From the NCBI GenBank assembly GCA_002269645.1, contig NIVC01000815.1:376083-440082 (forward strand): a DNA stretch of 64,000 bases, written 5' to 3'. The notes under the pieces were generated by a model. It was not told the DNA's origin and did no database searches. It saw only the letters and a program-made list of their open reading frames with translations. This document shows positions 23,414 through 34,449 of the stretch, in pieces. Positions within the stretch are counted from its first letter, which is position 1. The number at the start of each line of letters is the position of its first letter. Made by a program: the position numbers and the translations under genes. This stretch comes from Macrostomum lignano (lineage: Eukaryota).

Positions 23414-25312
23414 TCACACGCTAGACGCGGGTCTGATTTTCTTAGAAAACAGTCGCATAAACAGCACCATGCCGACAAAGGTGACAGCAACTAGCGCAAC
23501 CATGAACCACAGCAGCCAGTTGCACTGCCGGGCCAGCTGCTGGTCCAGCCGGCCCGATTCCGACTTCAGCCGGCCGTAATTCACGTCCGATAGGTCTGAC
23601 AGCTGACGGATTTTGTCCAGATCGGCTCGGACAGTGTCCCCAGACATGCGGGCGGACTGTTTAAGCGACCTGGCCAAGCTGAGCATGTTCTCGGTGACGC
23701 TGTCCTGCAGGGCGCGCTCCTCGTCTGCTGCCGCACCTGCCGAGGCTGCTGCCGGCTTTGCTGGCGCAACGACCGGAGCGTCCTGCCGAGGCTTGGAGCG
23801 GTGCTCGGACTGGCTGAAGCTGAGCAGCTCGCGGCGGGCTTGAGTCTAAAAGATTAGACATTGGTGAGTAAAAGCAGGTGACCATCTGAGTCAAAGGGTG
23901 ACCATCTGGGTCAAGGGGTGACTATCTGGGTCAAGAAAGACCATCTGGGTCAAGGGGTGGCCATCTGGGTCAAGGGGTGATCACCTGGGTCAAGGAGTGA
24001 CCATCTCGGTCAAGGGGCGACCATCTTGGTCAAGGGGTAACTATCTCGGTCAAGAAAGACCATCTGGGTCAAAGGGTGGCCATCTGGGTCAAGGGGTGGC
24101 CATCTGGGTCAAGGGGCGACCATCTGGGTCAAGGGTGACTATCTGGGTCAAGAAAGACCATCTGGGTCAAAGGGTGACTATCTGGGTCAAGGGGTGGCCA
24201 TCTGGGTCAAGGGGTGACCATCTGGGTCAAGGGGTGACCACCTGGGTCAAAGGGTTCCATCTAGTTTAAGGGTGAGTGTCAGTAAAGACCCCCGAGCTTC
24301 ACCTCCAAATGCGCCTTGCTCAGTGCCAGCACGTCCTTGGAGAACAGAACGTCACGCACGATTGATTCGTCGACGCCGCCGCCAGACGAAGACAGAGCAG
24401 CCCCGGTCTGCGCTTCAGTGCCGCCGCCGCTTGAGCCGTTGGAATTTGCCGCGGAAACGGCGGCTGCTGCAGCAGCGGCTACTGGCGCCGGCACCGATGA
24501 GAGGAGGTCGGTCTTCTCCTGCAGACTGGCCGACCGCTGCTCAGCGTCCAGAACGGACTGCAGCATTGTCAGGCGTTCTTCGTAGTACTTAATCCGAGCC
24601 TCGTCCGGCCGGAGAGGGCCTTCCAGCCGCTTTAGGTCGCCCAGGCGAGTGCGTAAGGACTGAGCAGAGCATGGGTGAGGGTGAGAGATTGGCCAGATAT
24701 CCCCATCCTGACTTGCTATCCTCATTTGAGATTGGCCAGATATACCCATCCTGACTTGCTATCCTCATTTGAGATTGGCCAGATATCCCCATCCTGACTT
24801 GCTGGGATCTTTATCCTCATTTGAGATTGGCCAGATATCCCCATCCTGACTTGCTGGGATCTTTATCCTCATTTGAGATTGGCCAGATATCCCCATCCTG
24901 ACTTGTTATCCTCATTTGAGATTGGCCAGATATCCCCATCCTGACTTGCTGGGATCTTTATCCTCATTTGAGATTGGCCAGATATCCCCATCCTGACTTG
25001 CTGGGATCTTTATCCTCATTTGAGATTGGCCAGATATCCCCATCCTGACTTGCTGGGATCTTTATCCTCATTTGAGATTGGCCAGATATCCCCATCCTGA
25101 CTTGTTATCCTCATTTGAGATTGGCCAGATATCCCCATCATGAGATTTTTATCCTCATTCGAGATAGACACTACACACTAATAGACACTACTAACCTGAA
25201 GGTAGCGCCCAAATCGCCAACCAGATGCAGCCCTGTCTCGCACCATCTCCTCCATGCGCCTGGCCAGTCTTGTAAAATTCACTTCAGCAGCGCTGCGCCT
25301 CTGTCCACCCAT
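23414..25312 (-). CDS. USE1: Vesicle transport protein USE1 (ER Qc-SNARE), ~301 aa
   Basis: Exons 25312-25196, 24659-24303, 23845-23414 (all phase 0, 906 nt). N-terminal AEVNFTRLARRMEEM...WRFGRYL; SNARE motif MLSLARSLK...LKSESGRLDQ; C-terminal TM CNWLLWFMVALVAVTFVGMVLFMRL. Confidence 0.92.
23878..24252. repeat. 20-bp minisatellite, USE1 intron 2
   Basis: Unit CCATCTGGGTCAAGGGGTG(A/G). Confidence 0.95.
24683..25165. repeat. 43/52-bp minisatellite, USE1 intron 1
   Basis: Unit GAGATTGGCCAGATATCCCCATCCTGACTTGCT(GGGATCTTT)ATCCTCATTT. Confidence 0.96.
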
Positions 25313-28129
25313 CCTGCCTCTTTCTAAGTAATTTATAGCTAAGCTTATTGGAGTATCTAATAAAGCTTTTGTAGTTAATGAATTGTTAATGCTTGAAGTT
25401 AAATCTGAGCATATATATCCCAGAAAAGAATTTGGTGTATAAAAAGAATCAGGTCAATTGCTATGAGCATACTGACAGTTACAATTATAAAAATCTAAAG
25501 AAAAAGTACAAATGAACTATACATTAAGAAGCATACATAGCATCTACTAAAGGATATAGCAAGGTCATAGAACATACAAGAAACTCAACTAAGAGCCTAA
25601 TCAAAGAGTCTGAATAACAATTTTGAATATAAAATTTTAGCATGGGTATATATTATTACATGATATATCAAAATCAAGATATATAGTATATTATACCTAA
25701 AAATCATGAATTGAAAGATAGCAAGCAAAGTAAGGGCCTATCAACTGAAGCTCATAAAGTGGAACCTGAATAACTTATGTATTCAAATGATAGGTCATTC
25801 TGCTCACAGTGATACTAGGAAGCTGGGTTTGGTAAAAAATGTTATAAAAATTGGACCTGGGATAGTTAGAGACAATAAGGATTTTCACTGGATGATAATA
25901 AACTATTATTGTTTTCAGAGAAATGGCTTTTTCATTTTTGATTGTTTTTCTTTTTAATAGGGGCCTAGGTCCAAAGTCAAGAAAGTGGCATAGTGTGCAC
26001 CAGAATAATTTTTTGGGACAATCTGTGTGCTATCTATGTGCCATTTGTGCGCCATCTGTGCACCATGTTTCAAAGCTATTGCTTCTTGCTCTATTGCCTT
26101 TGTATGAGAGTCAAGAGTTAAGACAATGATGTGCATTAATCCATATAAAAAATACAAATAAATTAAACATTTGCTACCTTGGCTTTAGTCCAGAATAGGT
26201 CCTATCACAGTCTATTATAAGAAAAACAAGTAGCTTGATTAGGCATTAGTTATAGCAAAAATGGTAAAATGTTCTTTTATAGTCCTTTTATGCATTTTAA
26301 ACCTAAGACTAAATTTTTAGATATTAGGCATATTGCAACTTAGATACAGGGTGGTCTATAGGCCTAGATATAATGGGATAGTAAGGGTTGCTTATTCCAC
26401 TAGGTATTATTGCAAAGTTTTTGCTACTTTCCTTAGCTATATTAGATTTATTTTTATCAATTAAAGTATAGGATAAAACTATAAAAGTTAAACAATATAT
26501 AAGGGGACTAAGCATATAAATTGATTAAATAAAAAATATCAAAAATAAGTGAGATGGCTAAGCCTACTAGATCTGAGATCTCTATATAGTTATAGACCTA
26601 GCTATTAAAATAGGATTTAATGCTACAAGTCTACAACTAGGCCGACATTATATTATATATAGCCATTGACAAAATTAAATGAATTCAATTTCTATTATTG
26701 CATTTTAATAATTCAATTTCATTTGTTAGCTAGACTGTCTAAGAGGGAGATAGACCCTTATTGGCATTCAGTAAGCCATGCCCATAACATAAGGGGCCAT
26801 CCAGGTCATGGAGCCTGGAGGAAGACCAATAAAATTTGACTGAAAGTCACCAGTCAAAGGCACCATTTCTTTTAATGTTTATCGGCTATGTCCTAGGCAG
26901 TGCAACTGTTCCTTACCCCTAGATCCAGCCAGGTGGGAAGTGCCCCTCAGATCAGACTTCCTGGTAGGCCATAGCCCATACCATAGGCTTATATAGACCT
27001 ATAGAATAGACCTACCTACCAGTACCACAAGCCACGAGCAACCAAGTCATCCCTTACAAAATATAGTAAAAATCGTGTGCAACTTTATATTTACTTAGTT
27101 AATTAGGTTTTTAAACGCACATCGTCTTATACGAGACTAGAGACTGTTAGTATATTATTTAATATATTACATCATTAGTTTTATTTGGATTCAGATAGCA
27201 TCGATTCGACTCATTTATAAATTGTTTGCATTGCTGTTTTCTTGGAATAATAGGAGTTTAAATTAAATTATGCTTTACGTAGCATTCTAAGAATTATTTT
27301 AGGAACTAATATTTTTCATAGGTTTTATTTTTCAGCTGAGGCTTTACGCTTGAAACAGCAGAAAATAGAAAGCTAAAAGTTATTTTAAGAAATGCAACAA
27401 ATTTTTATGCTGAGTTTACAATATTTTTAGTACGAAGAATAACATGTTTATCATATAGTGAATGGATAATTGAAATTACAAACTTGTTTTCAGTGTAGGC
27501 CCTATAGTGTGTATTGTAAAACATTCAAAAATTAATTAAGTAGCAAAATTCACGTGAAATGCTTATAAACATTGAATCAAAGACAATGGTGTTACCGTTG
27601 CATGGTTGTACCGTAAGTTTCCATAGGAGTGTGCTACGTCCTGACACAACGGTTTTAATTATAATATTGTACAGTGTATGCACATCCACATTCGTCTATT
27701 ATATAAACTAATTGTTGCAAGTTTTTCTCACCATGTCGAAACGTTTTGCAGTTTTAGCATTCAATAGAGCAGCTATGCAAGGAACTACAGGTATAATTAA
27801 GGAGTTGTGGCTAAAATATTTCAGCTCATCTTATTAATTGACATTCCTGTCGTTCAACATACAGCAACTTTAATAAAGAGCGCAGAAGGGTTAGCATAAT
27901 ACACGCGGAGAGTTTTCATTGGCTGGCGGGAGAACTTGAAATTATCGATCGTGCAAGTTTTCTACGGTCGCGCGCGAGGATTGCAAAGTCACGCAGTGAT
28001 TTAGCAATTGACACAGATTCGTTGGGCGCTACTACGAGTAAATGTTAAAATAAACTATTGGAGAATTTAAAATGAAAAATTGTAGAGAAACTGCAGTCCA
28101 ACGGCCCTTTTGCGGGACCACCTCAAACT

Positions 28130-28600
28130 GGCAACGTCACAGCGTCCTTTCCAATTTTCGCATTGAAGTCTCCTTGCTCCACCAAAACGTCCTTCCTTTT
28201 AATTGCTCTTGTAAAATTCACCAGGTCTTCGTAGAGTTTGACAATCACATCCTCGCCGCAGTCATCGATCAGTAGGTCGTAGCATTTTCACATTGTTCCC
28301 GCAGCCCTTATTGCAATTATATTTTGTCACTAATTAGTGGGACGCCTTCCGAAATAGAGTTTGGTTAACCATGAACTAGAAAATAGTGAATGCTCTTTTG
28401 TCATTCATGCCTTCAAATCAAACTTTGTGTCCTGCCTCTGTTTTTCCTTCTCCGATTTCTTTCCAACGCATCTCAGGCCTTCCAAGGCTTTTACAGTCCG
28501 TCAGGCCATCTCAGCCAGAGGTTCCATCTTTCCACTCTGACGCAGCGATCGCACATTCCAACAAGTAACAATCGTGGTGATTACATGTACCTTCACCAGT
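28130..28600 (-). mobile_element. Decayed non-LTR retrotransposon (RTE-like) apurinic endonuclease fragment
   Basis: Broken translation gives IVTCWNVRSLRQSGK and KLYEDLVNFTRAIKRKDVLVEQGDFNAKIG, matching the APE motifs TWNVR and GDFNAK; contains stops and frameshifts. Confidence 0.7.
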
Positions 28601-29127
28601 CTCCTTCCCTTACTTTCCACTCCAGGGAGTCCATTTCCAGGGAGTTCAGAATTGGCAGCGCGCGGCCGTTGTTGACTCGTGCTAGATCGATTCGGTATAT
28701 GATTGGTTGTCGTTGTCATTTCATGGGTGTTTAGAACACAAATCAGTGGGGCCAATCTCCTCTCCTATTGGTGTGAAGGCCGTTGGCTCTAAGAAAAGCC
28801 AAGTGGGAGAGCCGGTTTAGTCACCCACTACCTGACCATGAACTCTATTTCGGAAGGCGTCCCACTACAGAAATAGCTAGCACCTTTGCTGGTTCACTGA
28901 GTGTTTTTTGCAATAGTCTGAAATCGAGCTTTATTACACGATTGCTACACAAAAATACGCCATACTGCATATGATTCTCGCGAGGGGTTTCGGCAAAAAA
29001 GTAAATGCTAATGCATTTGAATGTATGTAGTCACGTCCGTGTGGCATAAATGAATTTGCGCCAATGGAAAGATAGTGCACGGCTTGCAAGTGCAACAACG
29101 CCTAGGACCACGAGTGCGCGTGTCTCT

Positions 29128-30004
29128 ATTATCATATAGACTAGCCAACAGTGGCTATTCATTTTTGTCTATGGCAATTTGCAAAGAACAGGGTTGAGGG
29201 AGGCAAGGAACATCTTTCTCTCCACTACAGCGCGATATTTTTTCGTCTCAGTGTGCGTTCATTTGAAAACATGATTCATCTGTCTCAATTCCCGGACAAT
29301 TGCATAACCGGCTTGACTACGGCGGAAATCGAGAAGCATGTAGAGCTCATGGACAGAAATTCGTTGATCGAGCGGACGATGTTCGATGATGAGCCGCTCC
29401 TACCTACTCTTCGTTAGCTACTTAACAAATGGCAAGCGCAAGGCGAGCGAACTGGGCAAGATGTCCGACGCGTTGTCAGCATCGCTGTATGGAGCCAGTT
29501 CGTCTTCTGCGACCAACGATAAGTCTGTGGCTATCGTCGGACCATCTGGCGATATGGATTCGGCGGGGGATGCTACGTCTATCTCCGAGGTCCCAAAGCG
29601 GGTGGCAAGTGTTGGAATGACGACGTCAGTCCAAAATGTCAAGGTTGACGTTCAAGCATCTTCGGCCGATACTGTTCGACCGGAGCTACATATTCATCTG
29701 AGTGGTAGTTTCAGCAATTGCAACTTCAAATTCGGTGATCAGTGAGTACTGATGAATACTGAGTGAGTTACTGAGTTTTCGAGTTACTATTTGAGCACTG
29801 ACTACTAGACAAAGAGCTCGTTAAAAATGTTCAAATATTTGCTACGTTTGCTTTTCGTAAAATATAAAGTTTGTGTTGTTGCATTCTTGCACGCTGAAAG
29901 CCGCCAGCGTGCATTTTTGGCGCATTATTGCACCCTAATTGTCAATTGTCTATGGTAAAATCTCCATTATTTTGACTCACTTGTTGGCTAAACTATATGA
30001 TAAT
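29128..30004. mobile_element. TIR-bounded non-autonomous element with an internal ORF remnant (29386-29745)
   Basis: Left end ATTATCATATAGACTAGCCAACAG; right end reverse complement ATTATCATATAGTTTAGCCAACAAG. No TSD seen. Confidence 0.65.
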
Positions 30005-30458
30005 GCAATTTCATCTGAACTTGCTGTGCCAACGAACTCGGGCCATAAAAGGAGCACATTGCTATCTTATGTGGCAGGTTTTCTGGCTACGTAAACACGG
30101 CTTGCATTCCACGAAGCGGCCTTGGCAGGGCGAAGGGCTGTGCAGAGAAAGACAATGCAAAGAAAGATGGCTAACAGCAGCTGTAGTCAATGCCCCCCTC
30201 CCTATGCTTGAGAAGCGCCCAGCGGTGACAATTGAAAAAGCGGTAAAAATTTTTTATTGCACTTGGCCTAAAGACTCAAAAGAAAGCAGCCGCTCGTGAA
30301 GGCCATTGAGAAAACAGAAAAAAACAACTTGCGGAAAAACGTGCTGAGTTTATCTGCATAAATGCGAGACGCCTAAGAGAGCAGAACTCAACCAACAGCA
30401 AACGAGATATCTCTCAGCTTCTCAGCTTCATCAGGCTACACAACTCAACCAAGCAAGC

Positions 30459-30484
30459 ATGAGATGGCAGTTCGTTCTCGGACT
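30459..30484 (+). pseudogene. Truncated paralog of the secreted cationic peptide gene (MRWQFVLG then minisatellite)
   Basis: ATGAGATGGCAGTTCGTTCTCGGACT matches 31757-31782; ~450 bp upstream is also duplicated; the frame runs into a 10-bp repeat. Confidence 0.8.
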
Positions 30485-30915
30485 GGAACAGACTGGCACA
30501 GACCGGCACAGACAGGCACATACTGGCACACACTGGCACAGACTGGCACAGACTAGCACAGACTAGCACAGACAGGCACAGACAGGCACACACTGGCACA
30601 GACTGGCACAGACTAGCACAGACAGGCACAGACAGGCGCACACTGGCACAGACTGGCACAGACAGGCACAGACAGGCACAGACAGGCACACACTAGCACA
30701 GACTGGCACAGACTGGCACAGACAGGCACAGACAGGCACAGACAGGCACACACTGGCACAGACTGGCACAGACTAGCACAGACAGGCACAGACAGGCACA
30801 CACTGGCACAGACTGGCACAAACTGGCACAGACAGGCACAGACAGGCACAGGCAGGCACAGATTGGCACAGACTGTCACAGACTGGCACAGACAGGCACA
30901 GACAGGCACAGACTG
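30485..30915. repeat. 10-bp minisatellite GCACAGAC(T/A)G interrupting the peptide paralog
   Basis: About 43 units of (G/A)GCACA(G/C)AC(T/A). Confidence 0.97.
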
Positions 30916-31654
30916 CTGCTTTCCTAGCTGCCCTTAGGTAGCTGCTGCAGAAGTGACAATGTACCATATCACCCTGTTGAGGCTGGAAAGCCAATGCTTT
31001 GGCTTTGTATTTATCGTGTGACAGCTCCATGGAACTGATGACCGTGGTCTCCCACAATGCATTGAGGCAGGGTGCCCTCAGCTCTTGCATTCGTACAGGT
31101 AAAAAACTCAATAAAATAGGAGCATTATATCGTACCAAGGTTAATACGATTATGAGATCCGTTCGTAATTCAGACTGGAAACTGAACTGCAAAAGCGATA
31201 AGCAAATCATAAAGGAATTCAATTCGATAGGAAATTTCCGAGCAGAACCAGTCGAAGCAGATTGAATCGAATCAGATTGCAGTTCCATGCAGTTCTTCTC
31301 AGTAAGCATCAATAATGCAGTGCAATTTCATCTGAACTTGCAGTGCCAACGAACTCGAGGCCATAATAAGAGCAAATTGCTATCTTATGTGGCAGGTTTT
31401 CTGGCTACGTAAATACGGCTTTTATTCCACGAAACTTTGCAGGGAAATACAATGCCAAAATGGCTAACAGTAGCTGCGGTCAATGCCACTCTATGCTTGA
31501 GAAGTGCCCAATTATGATAATTGCAACAGCGTTCAAAGATATGAAAGCAATTTCATTGTTCTTGACCTGAGTCTAAAAGAGAGCAGCCGCTCGTGAAGGC
31601 CATTGCGAAAACAGAAAAAGAACAACTTGCGGAAAAACGTGCCGAGTTTCTCTG

Positions 31655-31662
31655 CATAAATA
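31655..31662 (+). promoter_or_regulatory. Possible TATA-like box of the peptide gene
   Basis: CATAAATA about 100 bp upstream of ATG 31757; GCATAAAT is retained in the duplicated copy near 30357. Confidence 0.3.
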
Positions 31663-31756
31663 TGAGACGCCTGAGAGAGCAGAACTCAACCAACAGCAAA
31701 CGAGATATCTCTCAGCTTCTCAGCTTCATCAGACTACACAACTCAACCAAGCAAGC

Positions 31757-32032
31757 ATGAGGTGGCAGTTCGTTCTCGGACTCCTGCTGTGCGCAGCTCT
31801 GGCCGTCGCCAGACCCAGCCAGGAGATGTCGGAGGAGGACGCGGAGTCGATGGCGGCTCTGGAGGCTCTGGCTGACATGGACGAGCCGGAGATGACGGAC
31901 GAGAAGGCTGCTGAGCTGCAGAAGAAGTGGCGCATCAGATTCCGTCGCATCCGCATCAGGTGGAGGCGGGTGTACCGCGTGGTTCGCACTGCCTACAGGA
32001 TCTACCGCCACTTGCCGTTCCCAGGCAAGTAG
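31757..32032 (+). CDS. Secreted prepro cationic peptide, putative antimicrobial peptide precursor (91 aa, single exon)
   Basis: Hydrophobic signal MRWQFVLGLLLCAALAVA, acidic pro-region, KK site, Arg/Trp-rich WRIRFRRIRIRWRRVYRVVRTAYRIYRHLPFP, terminal GK. GC-rich codon usage like the other exons in the window. Confidence 0.85.
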   Translation: MRWQFVLGLLLCAALAVARPSQEMSEEDAESMAALEALADMDEPEMTDEKAAELQKKWRIRFRRIRIRWRRVYRVVRTAYRIYRHLPFPGK

Positions 32033-33229
32033 GCCGCAGGTGCTCCGCTGCACCGACTGACCTCGGACACGGACCGGACTCTGCCCACCACTGCCGTCTT
32101 GATTTGCTGATGTTGATGTACCGTATTTCCACGCTCAGAGTACTTCTTAAATTATATTTCTAATTATTTTTTAATTAGAAAAGTATACAACGGAAAAACA
32201 TTATTCATTTATCACACTTCATATTCTTGTCTTCCTTTGATTGAAATATTGATCAAAGTGGTCAAAATCGCCATGTCACTCACAATTTCATGGTAAAAAT
32301 AGTCTTCCGATGGGCGGGACTCAGAGTGCTACTGAGCCGCAGTGAAAATTGAGTGCATTTTGGATCATGTGGGAAGTTATACTTATTTTATTTGTGCTTC
32401 GTTAAAGTCCTGGTTGGCTGATGCTGGAAATGTAAAAACCCCTAGTTTTGATTGAAACATCCTATACATCTTTGAATATTTTTATAGTCATGACCGTTGT
32501 CAACTGGATTCTTATTGCATTTTGTTAAATTGTGTGCACCCAAGCTTCAAGTGTTTCGAAGAATTAGGCATCGAAAAATTTGTCAAGAGTGGGGATGGCG
32601 TCTTCCTCGTGCGGTTTTTTTATAGAAAAAATGAGTGGAAAAAGGCTCGACACTTCACTGCAGCATAAAGTTTTGTTCTGAAAGCACCTTTAATTGCATC
32701 TGGACGCAAAGCTTATATAAACCCAGCGTCCCAGAGTCACTTGCGTCGCCCCCAGAGTCTTTTCAGAGTCTTTGTAGGTAACGCAGGTAAAATAGGAAAG
32801 AAGTGACTCTAAATGACTTTAAGACAACGATATACGAGTATGTAACAGTGAAAGTCGCCCAAAAGTCGTCAAAGAGTTGCGACTCTCAAACGACACTGCA
32901 TGGGACGACGCAAGAGACTTTGGGGCGCTTCTATAATGTCTCTGGGGCCATAGAGTCGTATCTGAGGCGTGCTGGAGTCGCTTTAGAATAACTGAGTTGC
33001 GTCTAAAGCGCATCTGCATCAATTTATGAATTTGAATCGCATCTCGCATTTCTAACAACTCTGTTTAGTCTACTTGAGTTAGTAGAAAGTTAAGCGCTAA
33101 CACAACGACTGTTGGACGACTTGTTTTCGTGACTTTTCGCTTCATATGGGATTTCGTGCAATTTCGGGGTTCAGACTTTGGACTATGCTTTAACTACGAT
33201 TAATTTGTTGAAGCTGGCTTAAGGGTCGT

Positions 33230-34262
33230 TTACATTGCCATCAAATCAAGTCGGTCACACGGCTTGTATACATAGTTTGTCGTCACTTTGACCATATCTC
33301 GTGTGATCCAACGGCTCATTTTATGGCACTGTAAACGAGTCTTTAGGACACTGACCCTGTCACCAGCTAGGAGACAAATGGTCTTGTTGATTCCGCAGGC
33401 ACAGACTCGCACAGGGTGTGCAGCGGTCCTGGCTTTCCGATCGTCAGGAGTGCACACTCTGTGCTAATTTGAGGCCATTTGAGGCAATTTGTTGCGGCCA
33501 CACGCGGAAACAAACCCGGCCTGGAGAGTCGAACGCGTTACCGCTGAGCTGCTCTGTCGCAAAGGCTCTCTATTACAGTGTAATGTTTTAATTATCGGAT
33601 TACAACTGGAACTTCCCAAACCTGTCGCAGTCGGGAAGAAACTCTTAAACTGTACTTCTTAATCGGGCAGCTGTTGATCGACACGTCACCACCGCTTTCT
33701 CTCGAGCCATAGCTGCGATGCTAAGAATGACAGGCGCTCGATATCACCTAGCAGCTTAGCTAGTGGCTCCTGACTGAGCAGCCATGTCTAGAGAAGTCCT
33801 ATGCAAAGGCCTAACAGGCTTATAATATTTCTGCCTCACTATACTCTATTAAAAATAAACAAAGGAGGTCATATAACATCACTAATTTCATGCAGCCTCT
33901 CCTGGTTCTTGAACTGAATTCCCGACTGTCCCAACTTTTCCTGGCCGGCCGAGCCCTATCGGAGACTGACAAAAGTGCAGTTCCAACAGATGTATAGCCA
34001 GAGGATTTTGCACTTTTCTTACAGTGCACACTGTGGCATCAGATAGCGAATTGCAAGCGAGTTGAGTTGCAATTCGATCATCGAACATGGCGATGCGTCG
34101 TAAAGCTGAGATGCGAGGGGCGCAGATCAGGCATCTAAATCTCTTTATCGGAAGTCCCCGCTGCCACGCAGGCCTTCCTCCGTTTCCTCCCATTCCGGAA
34201 AATACTTCGCATCGGTATAAAGGACTGGAATCCCGACATGACAGGTTTCAGCGCGTCGTTTT
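33230..34262 (-). mobile_element. Highly decayed non-LTR (CR1/L2-like) reverse transcriptase remnant
   Basis: Fragments PRISALRRIAMFDDRIATQL, GYTSVGTALLSVSD and VMLYDL resemble RPIS..IAKIFERI / STETALL / LLDLSAAF; many lesions. Confidence 0.45.
33500..33552 (-). mobile_element. tRNA-derived SINE-like head fragment
   Basis: Minus strand AGCTCAGCGGTAACGCGTTCGACTCTCCAGGCCGGGTTTGTTTCC has A-box-like and degenerate B-box-like motifs; no complete cloverleaf. Confidence 0.35.
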
Positions 34263-34449
34263 TGTTGTGGGTTGATGGCTTTGCCATAGACATTTTTGTT
34301 ACGCGACTGCGTTGATGAATTGAACCATGCTATTGAGTTATGAAATAAATAATAGACGCGTCAGAGGTCAGCAGACCGCTAGACTGACAATTGCTAAAGG
34401 CTAAAAGCCAAAAGCACAACAGTGGCGTCGGCAAGCATAGGCTACGAAA

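Noticed and set aside
30414-31312. Cys-rich ORFs (VPVCACLCLS) resembling metallothionein or keratin-associated proteins
   Set aside because: Reverse-strand reading of the 10-bp minisatellite.
32730-32925. Short imperfect inverted repeat (CCCAGAGTCACTTGCGTCG / CGACGCAAGAGACTTTGGG)
   Set aside because: Too short and degenerate to define an element; no TSD.
33500-33560. Functional tRNA gene
   Set aside because: No acceptor stem or intact T-arm; treated only as a possible SINE head.
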